Positions 52,753 to 64,000 of a stretch of 64,000 nt of DNA are shown here, in pieces; position 1 is the first letter of the stretch; every line of letters begins with the position of its first letter. Below the pieces are notes generated by a model that searched no databases, had not been told where the DNA came from, and saw only the letters and a list, made by a program, of their open reading frames with translations. The DNA is taken from positions 54,064,001 through 54,128,000 of the forward strand of contig OZ024749.1 in the NCBI GenBank assembly GCA_964016885.1. Direction: 5' to 3'. Position numbers and translations under genes: made by a program. The DNA is from Eledone cirrhosa (lineage: Eukaryota).

Positions 52753-53052
52753 TCATCATCATCATCATCATCTTCGTTTAACGTCCATTTTCCACACTAG
52801 CATGGGTTAGACGAGAGTTGTCCCACTTGAGGCAAGGTAGGTCGGGTGACCGTGTCTCGCTCATATAGGACTGTCTGGCAGGTTTTCTATGGCTGGATGC
52901 CCTTCCTAACACCAACCACATTTACAGTGTGGAACTGGGAGGTTTTTACCGTGTTACCTACACGGCCACATTACAGCATGGACTGTGTGTTTTTTGTCGT
53001 GACACCTACACGACCTCCATCTCATTATCTCATTTATTTGGACTGGATGTTG
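52753..53052 (-). mobile_element. RTE-tail-related SINE/LINE fragment (subfamily 2)
   Basis: (CAT)n tail, GGCTGGATGCCCTTCCTAACACCAACC. Confidence 0.85.
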
Positions 53053-53198
53053 TGGTAGCAACTTTACAGAGAGAGAGGGTGGTGTTGGTGGGAGTTGGAG
53101 GATAGGGTAGGGATACATACACACACACAGATAAGTATGTATGTAAATATATACACACACACACACACTGATATATAAATGATGATGGTGGTGGTGAT

Positions 53199-53332
53199 CA
53201 TCATCATCATCATCATCATCATCTTTGTTTATATGCCCATTTTTCTATGCTAGCATGGGTTGGATGGGTCAGGTTTAGTGCAACATTTCTCCACTTGCTG
53301 TCTCAGACATACACACATACTTTATGTGTGTA

Positions 53333-53370
<38 letters not shown>

Positions 53371-53458
53371 GACACACACACGCTGAACTTGACCCATGCA
53401 ACCCATGCTAGCATAGAAAAATGGACATATAAACAAAGATGATGATGATGATGATGAT
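53199..53458. repeat. Inverted pair of RTE/SINE tail fragments
   Basis: Arms at about 53199-53281 and 53380-53458. Confidence 0.88.
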
Positions 53459-54039
53459 AATAATAATCACCACCACCCACATCCATTTTCCTTGCTAGCA
53501 AGGAATCACACTCCAACATATGCACATGCATATACAAACATACACATACATCCACACATACACACATACATCCACACATCCACACACACATACATCCACA
53601 CATACACATACCTCCACACATCCACACACACATACATCCCCCCATCCACACATACATCCACATACATCCCCCCATCCACACATCCACATACATCCACATA
53701 CACACACATCCCCACATACACACACATCCCCACATACACACACACATACACATACACACATCCAGAAAGATATCTAATTTAGTTAAGAGTTATCAACAGG
53801 TTTATAAATAGAACGTTGCGAAAGATGAGCAAAGTTTTGGATATTAAAAGTAATACCTGCGGGTGACGTTGGATGGCGTAGGATGGCTTTCATGAAATAT
53901 TTATTAGAAAAGCTAATGCAGCAGAAAGGACAGGTAAATTACCTGTGAGGGGAACAATGCAGTTTAACAGTGTCCAAGAAATGAATCATGTGCATCACTG
54001 AACAGTGTTCTGCAGCAACACATGCACATACATACATAG

Positions 54040-54086
<47 letters not shown>

Positions 54087-54123
54087 TGCATGTATATATA
54101 CACACACACACACATGCATATAT

Positions 54124-54166
<43 letters not shown>

Positions 54167-54384
54167 TATATATATACACACACACACATGCATATATATA
54201 TATATGTATATACATATATATATACATATATATATATATGCATGTGTGTGTGTGCATATATATATATAGACACACACATGCATACACACACACACATGCT
54301 TATACACACACACACATATATATATACATACACACACATGCATATATATATATATATAGAACACATGCATATATATATATATAT

Positions 54385-54478
54385 AGGAACGTTCCTATTA
54401 CCCACTCTACTACCCTAAGTATTGAGTACTTTGGTGCGTTATGGTCCACCTGGTTCCTTACCACATTCCCTTCGTTAT
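54385..54478. mobile_element. Penelope-like family P1 terminal fragment in (TA)n
   Basis: Matches 40961-41049. Confidence 0.7.
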
Positions 54479-54728
54479 ATATATATATATATAAAATGAT
54501 GATGATGATGATGATGATACACACACATTCTTACATCTACCAAGACAGAGAGAGAATGAGGTAGAGAGAGAGAGAGAGGGGGAGACCGAGAGAGAATGAG
54601 GTAGAGAGAGAGATATAGTGAAAGTGTGAGAAAAAAAGAGAAAGTGAGAGATAGATAGATGGTGTGTGAGAGAGAGAGGGAGAGATAGATAGATAGAAAG
54701 GGAGGAGAAAGAGAGAGAGGGAGGAGAA

Positions 54729-54759
<31 letters not shown>

Positions 54760-54957
54760 GGAAGAGAGAGAGAGCTAGTGAGAGTGAGAAAGCGAGAGAG
54801 AGAGAGAGAGACGAAATGAAGAATAGCTTGGAGACCAAGAATAGCCAGAAGAGAGAAGAGGTGGTGGTGGGGGGAGGGAGGTATGGAACGGAACGAGGAA
54901 GACACTCATACACAGATAGATAGTATCAGTAATTTACAGATATATATATATACATAC

Positions 54958-54996
<39 letters not shown>

Positions 54997-55100
54997 ACAC
55001 TCATACACAGACAGATAGTATCAGTAATTTACAGATATATATACACATATAACATTAACAGTAGTTCAGATTTAACAAAAGAATTGAATAATATCGATTT

Positions 55101-55320
55101 AGTTATTACAGTCACAAATGTAGTCAGCTTTTTTCCCACCCTTTTTACAAGGTGAGAAGAAAATAACGAGGTTGTGATGTTGTGGTGTTCATGCCATTCC
55201 CTGAGTTATTACAGTCACAAATGTAGTCAGCTTTTTTCCCCACCCTTTTTACAAGGTGAGAAGAAAATAACGAGGTTGTGATGTTGTGGTGTTCATGCCA
55301 TTCCCTGTGATGTTATTACA
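55101..55320. repeat. Tandem duplication of about 104 bp
   Basis: GTTATTACAGTCACAAATG...CATGCCATTCCCTG twice. Confidence 0.92.
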
Positions 55321-55764
55321 GCCACTAGGGAGAGAGAGAGAGAGACAGAGAGAGAGATAGAAATGAAGAGGGATAGTGATAGAGATAAAGAGAGTAGAGT
55401 ATATATATAGAGAGAGAGATACTGTATGCTATATGGGTGATAGCAAGGTTAGCTTTTCATGGTTGTTTGATGTACAAGAAATAGCAACCAAATCTACCTT
55501 GAATCACACTGAACTACTTTCTACAAAGAAGGATACTATAAATAAATTATAGATATAGTTCTTGATACACTATTTCTGAAGAGATCAATCATCACAGCTG
55601 GAACTGATTATTGGTCTGCTTGATCAGTGCTTTCTAGAGCTTAACCCTTTCTATACCAAACTGCCCGAAACCACCCTGCTTTTATGATACAAAATTCCCT
55701 ATTTTAAAATATTCATTTTTATATTAAAACCTTCCTTTCAATTTTTTATTTTTTATTTTTATGA

Positions 55765-56050
55765 AGTGAAGGGAGATTTGACTGCTATTTCTAGCAAGTA
55801 GAAGCTCACATGTTTACAAGACGCCTCAGTACAAAGTTGCCTTCTTCTAGCATATGACATGAAGGGAGATTTGGCTGCTATTTCTAGCAGGTTGTAGCTC
55901 AGACTGTATAGAATGCCACATGTTTCCAAGACACCCCATCGAAAGTAACCTTCTAGAATGTGATACGAAGGGAAATTTGGCTGTTATTTCTAGCAGGTTG
56001 TAGCTCAGACTATGTAGAATGCCACATGTTTTCAAGAGACCCCAGTACAA
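55765..56050. repeat. Three tandem copies of a roughly 95-107-bp unit from a dispersed repeat
   Basis: GAAGGGAGATTTGGCTGCTATTTCTAGCAG; motif also at 40790 and reversed at about 13445, 50398 and 55478. Confidence 0.8.
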
Positions 56051-56418
56051 GAGATAGAATATCTCAAGCAAGAATATATAACATGGTAACAATTGTGTTT
56101 GGCATTCTAAAAAACAAAACAAACATCCATAAAATCCCAACAGAGTAAAAATAAAAACATGGATGATATAAGAAACAGGGAAAAATAGAGTAGAAATATT
56201 TTTCAAGTATCATATGATAACATTAATATTTTTTTAAATAAAATACTCATCATATTTCTATTACTATTTATCAAAATATGGTTTCGTTAAGTTATTTTCT
56301 TCTCTTTTGTTAATATGTTTTGAGAGGTTTTGAAGACTTGGATAATATCTTGAAAATCTAAGGAAAATATTTATACCGTTCTATCTCTGGATATTAAACA
56401 TCGACACACACACTTACA

Positions 56419-56495
<77 letters not shown>

Positions 56496-56880
56496 GTGTA
56501 TGTATATATATATATATAGATATATATAAAAAGGGAGTAAGGTTCTATACAAAATAGAAGTTATAGAGAAAAAGAGGAATTGGAAATATTACGGAAAATA
56601 TATTTAAGGATCTGTTTTTCTTATTTTGTTCTTTAATTCATCAAAGTGACATTATTGAAAAAATGAGAGGAACTATTTTTAAAAAAAAAAGGAGTTTTAT
56701 AATGTATATAAAATATATGAAATATAACCGGTTTCAATGTATCAGTGTAAACCATCTTATCTTGTTGAATATTACAATTAAAAAGAATTAAAAATAATAA
56801 AAAATTTAAAATTAAGTGTTGAAGAAGGTCTGTTCATCTTTCTTCTTGATGATGTATATGTGTGTATATATATATATATA

Positions 56881-57215
56881 TGGAGGCACATGGCTTAGTG
56901 GTTAGAGAATTGGCTTTGCAATTGAAAGGTTGTGAGTTCAATTCTCAGACCAGGTGATGTATTGTGTCCTTGAGCAAGACACTTTATTTCACATTGTTCC
57001 AGTTTACTCAGCTGTAGAAATGAGATGATAGGGACTGGGGTCCCTATCATTCCACTGCAAAGTGGTTGTGGAGGTGCCACGGCAAAAAAGCACCCAGCAC
57101 TCACTGTAAATGAGGTTGGTGTTAGGAAGGGCATCCAGCTGTAGAAATCAAGCCAGAATCAGTTCCCGTCCCACCCTCGCAAGCAGGGAAAAGTGGACGT
57201 AAAATGAAATGATGA
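56881..57215 (+). mobile_element. CORE-type SINE B, full length
   Basis: TGGCTTAGTGG A box, GAGTTCAATTC B box, CORE-like domain, ATGATAGGGAC/GTCCCTATCAT hairpin, RTE-type tail ending in (GAT)n. Confidence 0.92.
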
Positions 57216-57305
57216 TATATATATACACACACACACTCTATTTACACATATCATCAATTATCATCTCTACATCTGATGTCATCTGTTCATCATCATAACA
57301 ACACA

Positions 57306-57950
57306 TAATTGTTTCTACTTTTGGCACAAGGCCAGCAATTATCGCAGTGTATTACTGGTACTTTATTTTATCGACCCCGTAAGGATGAAAGGCAAAGTTA
57401 ACCTTGACGGGATTTGAACTCAGACCGTAACTATACTAGAAAGCATGGTGTCCAACCCTCTACCGATACTGCCAAATATAATGGTTAATGATTCAGACAC
57501 AAGGCCGACAATATTTTGGGGGAGTGGAAAGTCAATTAAATTAACCCTTATTTTATCAACCCTGTAAGGATGAAAGACAAAGTTAACTTCGGTCGGATTT
57601 GAACTCAGAACATAAAGGGACGTAACTTTATGTTACAAAACATGGTGTCCAACGCTCTACCAATTCTGCCAATCCCCAAGTATTCATATGGTAAGGAATG
57701 GGTTAAGCAAAATACCAAACAGTAATACTTCAACATAAATTTACCATGCTGTCACTGAGTGCAAATGCACCTGCATCATAATAATTGTTTCTACTATAGG
57801 CACAAGGCCAGCAATAACTCAGTGTATTACTGGTACTTTATTTTATCGAACCCGTAAGGATGAAAGGCAAAGTTAACCTCGGCGGGATTTGAACTCAGAC
57901 CATAAAGGGCCGTAACTCTTTGCTGCAAAGCATGGCGCCCGACCCTCTAC
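57306..57950 (-). mobile_element. Three SINE-A copies
   Basis: Cores at about 57375, 57560 and 57850. Confidence 0.88.
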
Positions 57951-58390
57951 AATAAGACATTCTCTTAATGGTGTCTCTACTTAATCTAATTGTTCTATCG
58001 TGTAATTTCTAACTTTAAGATAAATGAATTTGAAGTTTTTATAGAACATATTGTGTTCTAACTGCTATAAAACTTAATAAAAACTCACATATACACATTT
58101 ACATATATATACAATACATTTACATATAAACACATATATCCACACACATATACGTAGTTTGTGTGTAGGTGTGTATCTGTGAGTGTGAGAATTTGTTTTT
58201 AATGTTTAAGGTAAGATTTATAGCAGCTTCATTAATATATAAATATATATATATATTATATGTATGTATATATATATATATATGTACATTACATATATAT
58301 TATTTATGTATGTATATATATATATTACATATATATTATTTATGTATATATATATATATATATATACACATTACATATATATTATTTATG

Positions 58391-58431
<41 letters not shown>

Positions 58432-59504
58432 TACATATATATTATTTATGTATGTATATATATATATGTATCTATCTATCTATATATCTATCTATCTCAC
58501 TCACACATACATACTCACATATATGTATATGTATGTGTGTATGATATATATACAGTGTATGTGTGTGTCTAAATAAATTGTAGCTGAGTCTATGCTACGC
58601 TAAAAATATTTTGATTTATATTCTCTTAAACACAGGCTTTTCTATAAAATAATTTTTAACAAATTCCATCTACTATAACACTTGCAAGTAAAAGGTAATT
58701 CTTTATTATATAAATCCACAGAGGAGACATTTTTGCTTCTATTATGGGCAGCCATTGCAAATAATCTCCTTAACAAACACATACAAATGTAACAAAGAAT
58801 GGATTCATATAGACAAATCAATAAAGAAGTATATATCATATAGACTCGTTTATAAGACACCAATGAGGAGGAGAGTGTGCGAACAGATACTTAAAGATAA
58901 AATATATAGACTCGTTTATAAGACACTGGTGAGTGTGAGAGTGTATATAATAATAATAATAATAATAATAATCAAATATTGTGTACAGTACTCAGGTGCA
59001 CTACAACTCATCAAAAAGTGTATGTATAGTACATAGGGTAATGAACAGATATATAAAACTTAAAGATAATAAAATATATAGACTCGTTTATAAGACACTG
59101 GTGAGGGTGAGAACAGATATATAAAACTTAGAGACAATAAGACATATAGACTTGTTTATAATGATGATGATGATAATGGTGAGGGTGATAATGGTGGTGA
59201 TAATGATGGTGATTATGATGATAATAATGATAATGATAATGATGACGACGGCGATGATGGTGATGATAACTTAAGAATTAGATTGGTGAAATCTTTTCTA
59301 TGAATATTATTCCAATCAACAATGTTTGAAGTAAGTTGTGGGAATAGAATCAAGTTCAATCACAGCTAGCAGGTGATGTTTTCATTTTGACTTATTGATC
59401 TGTTGTTAATGGTGGTGGTGACCAGGTTATTGAACACTGATCCATATCTAACATAGATGTAGATATAGTTCATTGAGGGAGAAGTAAAGATAGTGAGAGC
59501 AGGG

Positions 59505-59603
<99 letters not shown>

Positions 59604-59636
59604 GGGTGATAAAGAGTGAGGGAAAGATATATATAT

Positions 59637-59778
59637 ATAACAAAGGAAATGTGGTAAGGAACCAGATGGACCATAACGCACCAGAGTACTCAATACTTAG
59701 GGTAGTAGAGTGGGAAATAGGAAAAAGTATGACCCCGACGGCAGAGCTCAAGCCGTTTCGACGGCTATTTCTGGACTG

Positions 59779-59780
<2 letters not shown>
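59637..59780. mobile_element. Penelope-like family P1 fragment
   Basis: Matches 7232-7365; minus strand reads TAGCCGTCGAAACGGC, preserving CGAAAC. Confidence 0.65.
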
Positions 59781-59817
<37 letters not shown>

Positions 59818-60517
59818 CCTAGATATCTCGATAGAGTGAGAGAGTTAGAGAGATATAGAGAGAGAAAGAAAGAAACAGATATATATATAGAGAGACAGAG
59901 AGAGAGAGTGAGAGATAGAAAGATAGACAGAGGAATCAAATTCCTTAATGACTCCAATATTTGGGAGAGGGTTGAAGGATGAGGTGGAGGTTGGGTGTGT
60001 GTGGATGGAGGGAGAAGGGGTGGAGGAGGGACGGATGGGGGTCGTTCTTTAATTGTACTTGGTAAGGAACTTGCTTTTGCTAAAGACATTCCATTCCATT
60101 TCTGATGCGATCCAATCCAGATCCCAAAATATGTAGAAATCTTAACAATAAGCTTCTGTTGCAATATGGAAGAATGGCAACAATTGAATGGCCAGGAATA
60201 CAACACGATATCATTGAATAGATTGAAATCGATAATCAATAAATATTGTAGTTACTAGGCTGGGGGTGGGGTGGTGGGCGTGGGGAGGTATCTGGCATTC
60301 TAGAAACCTGGTCTAGAAATTTAATGTAAAAAAAAATATGAGGGTCGGCTGAAAATTTCATAGGCTGACTATGAAGGTGTGATGCTAGAGCTGTGAAATC
60401 TTGCTACACACACACACACAAATATATATAAGTATATATATGGTTATATTTGGGGAGGGTCATATAGTTATAATATTACCAGAAATAATAATAGAACACA
60501 TTCACTGTTTGCTTTGG

Positions 60518-60576
<59 letters not shown>

Positions 60577-60609
60577 TATATATATATAAATATAAATATA
60601 TATTTATAT

Positions 60610-60642
<33 letters not shown>

Positions 60643-60694
60643 ACCAATTGAAATTGAACCATCAAGACAGTTGAGGGATGTCATACATCAATTC

Positions 60695-60764
60695 ATGTAT
60701 TTTATCTGATGAGGACGTACTGAAGAAACAGCACAGTACCTTCAAAATATATAATATAAAACAT
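60695..60764 (+). ncRNA. Decayed type I hammerhead motif in a (TA)n-flanked fragment (about 60643-60810)
   Basis: TTTTAT-CTGATGA-ggac-GTACTG...CAGTAC-cttc-AAAA(from GAAA)-tatata-at-ATAAAA. Confidence 0.55.
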
Positions 60765-60866
60765 ATATTTTGATTATGTGAATGTCTTCATTTATTAATA
60801 TTTTGAATAATATATATATATATAATATATATATATATAATATATATATACACACACACACACAGA

Positions 60867-61064
60867 CGAGGGCTGGCTGAAAAGTTTATAGGCTGACTAT
60901 GAAGGAGTGATGCTAGAGCTGTGAAATCTTGCATGCATTAATTTCAACTCTTCTTCTTAATAACTACATTGTTTCTATCTAGGGACTATGTTTGAAAATA
61001 AACCTCATTTGGTCATTCCATGAGAGTATCTTGGTCAATCTATAACCTCTTCAGCCGAACCTTG
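60867..61064. mobile_element. mariner-type MITE, complete; partial copies at 35120-35243 and 60339-60404
   Basis: CGAGGGCTGGCTGAAAAGTTTATAGGCTGAC ... GTCAATCTATAACCTCTTCAGCCGAACCTTG TIRs. Confidence 0.82.
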
Positions 61065-61363
61065 AATATATGTTCTTCTCACTACATACAGACTTAGAAG
61101 TTCTTAAACAGGATTTCTGATTTCTAAACCATTCTTAATTAGCACCAGCCGGAGGGAAGGGGAGGTATGTGGCATACTAGAGTAGAGTATACCACATGGT
61201 CGAGCTAGTTAAGGTAAAAAATAGACAATATGCTCATTTAACTACATAGAATCTTAGAAGTTCCAAAAACCAGGATTTCATATTTCCAAAACCATATATG
61301 GAATGTAAAAAATACTGTTATTATCATTACTTGAAATATAAGGAGAAATATGATATATATATA

Positions 61364-61412
<49 letters not shown>

Positions 61413-61423
61413 ATATGATATAT

Positions 61424-61459
<36 letters not shown>

Positions 61460-61461
<2 letters not shown>

Positions 61462-61648
61462 ATTGTTTCTACTTTTGGCACAAGGCCAGCAATTACCCAG
61501 TACATTACTGGTACTTTATTTTATCGACCCCGTAAGGATGAAAGGCAAAGTCAACCTCGGCAGGATTTGAACTCAGATCGTAAAGGGACGTAACTATGCT
61601 GGAAAGCATGGCGTCCGACCCTCCACCGATACTGCCAATCCACCGCCC
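61460..61648 (-). mobile_element. SINE-A, full length
   Basis: Reverse complement of 5063-5254. Confidence 0.9.
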
Positions 61649-61679
61649 TATATATATAGTAATAATATTAAAGGTGAAG

Positions 61680-61727
<48 letters not shown>

Positions 61728-62090
61728 CAATATATATATATATATAATAAACAATATATATATATATATATATATAATAAACAATATATATATATAATAT
61801 ACAATATATATATATATATATGATATAATTATGCTCACACATAAAACATATTTCATTTATCTATGAGGATTATTTTCTCTTGTGTGTCTGAGAGGTGGAG
61901 TATGCGGGTGTGGGAATGTGTGTGTGAGGGGGGGGGGGGGGGTAAGTGTATGTGTGGAAATGGGTGCATGTTTGGTGGATGTGGATGCGTGAGTGTATAT
62001 GTGTGTATGTGTGGAAATGAGTATGTGTATGTGAGTGAACATATGTGAGTAAGTGTGTGTATGTACTGCATGTATATATGTATGACATGA

Positions 62091-62140
<50 letters not shown>

Positions 62141-62254
62141 TTATGTATGAAATGTTAAAATTTCAAAACAGAATCAATATAATCGGTTGCCAAGTAATAA
62201 ACTTCATTACACTTTAAATGATTTGCTACTAAAACACTTAATGAAACAGCCAAC

Positions 62255-62348
<94 letters not shown>

Positions 62349-62471
62349 GGAGGTGAGTTTTATTGTAGTACAATAAAGCAATGCAGATATCGGATAAGTA
62401 GCACTCTACAGTTTGTAGGACTGGAGTATAAATAATATATAAGATCAAAAGATGGTTAAAAGAGTTCCATG

Positions 62472-62542
62472 TATTTTATTATGCACATTTCAAAAACAAA
62501 TATCATCATGCGATGACATTTGCGTTTTCGTCAGATAAAATA
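62472..62542 (-). ncRNA. Type I hammerhead ribozyme, essentially intact
   Basis: TATTTTAT-CTGACGA-[16-bp stem II, one mismatch, GCAT loop]-GAAA-tgtgca-TA-ATAAAATA; perfect 8-bp stem I; inside a fragment (about 62346-62628) bounded by (TA)n. Confidence 0.78.
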
Positions 62543-62637
62543 GGGAGACATGATATGAAGGTTAAAAAACACTTGTGAATAGTGCAGTTTTAAATCAACA
62601 TATGAAAAGTAGTTTTAGATTGATGTGTGATATATAT

Positions 62638-62695
<58 letters not shown>

Positions 62696-62985
62696 CATCA
62701 TCATAATGTCCATGTGTGTGCATATATATATATTTAAATCAGGTGAAACTTTAAATTATTTTATTAATGTGTCTCACATGCATCTTCATTCAACTTATAT
62801 CTCTCTCTCTATATATATATATAAGTACCAGTAATGTACTGGGTAATTTCTGGCCTTGTGCCAATAGTAGAAACAATTATATATATATAAGTAGAAGGGA
62901 TATTTAATTTGTTGGAAATACAACAAATAAATATAAATGTTTATAACTGATTCAGAGCACTCGACAGATTTCTGGAGTAAATATT

Positions 62986-63109
62986 CAATGATATTAAATA
63001 AATGGAAACTATATTTATAAAACCATATTTATTTTAATTTTGGTACCCTTGAAATATATATAATTGAATAAATATGGTTTTATAAATATAGTTTCCATTT
63101 ATTTAATAT

Positions 63110-63114
<5 letters not shown>
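62986..63114. repeat. Perfect 48-bp inverted repeat around the 3' half of a hammerhead (same family as 9411-9511)
   Basis: Arms 62986-63033 and 63067-63114; spacer contains TTTTGGTACCCTTGAAATATATA. Confidence 0.88.
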
Positions 63115-63172
<58 letters not shown>

Positions 63173-63262
63173 ACCAATCTTGCCTCAAGTGGGAAAATTC
63201 CCGTCCAAACCCATGCTAGCGTGGAAGATGGATGTTAAACGATGATGATGATGATGATGATA

Positions 63263-63783
63263 TATTGCGTTGGTATGGACATGTGATGTGTATGAAGGAT
63301 GACAGCTGCATAAAAAGGTGCAGAGCACTAGAAGTCAATAGAAACCGCGGAATGGGGAGACCCAAGATGACCTGGGATGAGGTGATAAAAGCCGACCTTA
63401 CCCAATTACACCTCTCAAAGGCGATGACACACGACCGTGACCTCTGGCGTCACACAGTAATACAGAGTACCCGACCTCCCATGGGTACAAGCTGAAGCAT
63501 ATAGACAATATGCCCCCACTGCAAGGTGGTCGTGAAGGTGCCACGGCAAAAAAGCACCCAGCCCACACTGTAAAGTGGACGTGTAGGTGCCATGGAAAAA
63601 AAGCCCCCAGCACTCACTATAAATAAGGTTGGTGTTAGGAAGGGCATCCAGCTGTAGAAATCAAGCCAAATCAGTTCCTGTATGAGCAAGGCATGGTCAG
63701 CCGATCAGACACTGCCCACAACAGAACAACCTGTCTAACCCATGCTAGCATGGAAAAACGGACATAAAACGGTGATGATGATG
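63263..63783 (+). mobile_element. RTE-clade LINE 3' end: ORF C-terminus, 3'UTR and (GAT)n tail
   Basis: LRWYGHVMCMKDDSCIKRC...RGMGRPKMTWDEVIKADL...DRDLWR, stop at 63495; 3'UTR shared with SINE B. Confidence 0.9.
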
Positions 63784-64000
63784 AGAGAGAGAGAGAGAGA
63801 GAGAGATGTGAAATGTTTAATACTATTTTGTTCTACAAGAGAAATGAACTTCTGTTGAAAATAACCAAAATACAACCCCACCCCACCTCACAAAAAATCC
63901 AAAACAACAACAAAAACCAATCGAAACAAAACAAAAGCCGAGACAAAAGAGAAAATCTAGAATCTGTGAAGTAATGAGAAGTTCAAATAGAAAGTATTAG

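Noticed and set aside
53930-53965. Second minus-strand AG|GT site (CCCCTCACAG|GTAATT) within a small palindrome
   Set aside because: Short pyrimidine tract and weaker donor; not distinguishable from chance.

Overview
AT-rich, microsatellite-saturated eukaryotic DNA, most likely from an octopod cephalopod judging by the SINE/LINE repertoire (inference). I cannot support any cellular protein-coding gene: nearly all supplied ORFs are translated simple repeats, so the window reads as a large intron or intergenic tract. It holds about 20 copies of a tRNA-derived SINE (Meta/MESC-like core), CORE-type SINEs with an RTE-derived tail, RTE LINE fragments, an R4/Dong-type 3' end in (TAA)n, piggyBac- and Tc1/mariner-type MITEs, and many minisatellites, several grown from transposon pieces. 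Main hidden signal: at least six type I hammerhead-ribozyme motifs with different stems (best at 62472-62542, 21794-21867 and 9451-9511, all minus strand) in short elements lodged in (TA)n, plus fold-back palindromes centred on hammerhead-like half-cores (Penelope/retrozyme-like). Also notable: a strong candidate recursive splice site with a 55-nt cryptic exon (minus, 6696/6695), a partial HDV-like ribozyme at 48.3 kb, and a 2.4-kb 18-mer array whose variants are all synonymous in one frame. Family names come from recalled motifs, not database searches.
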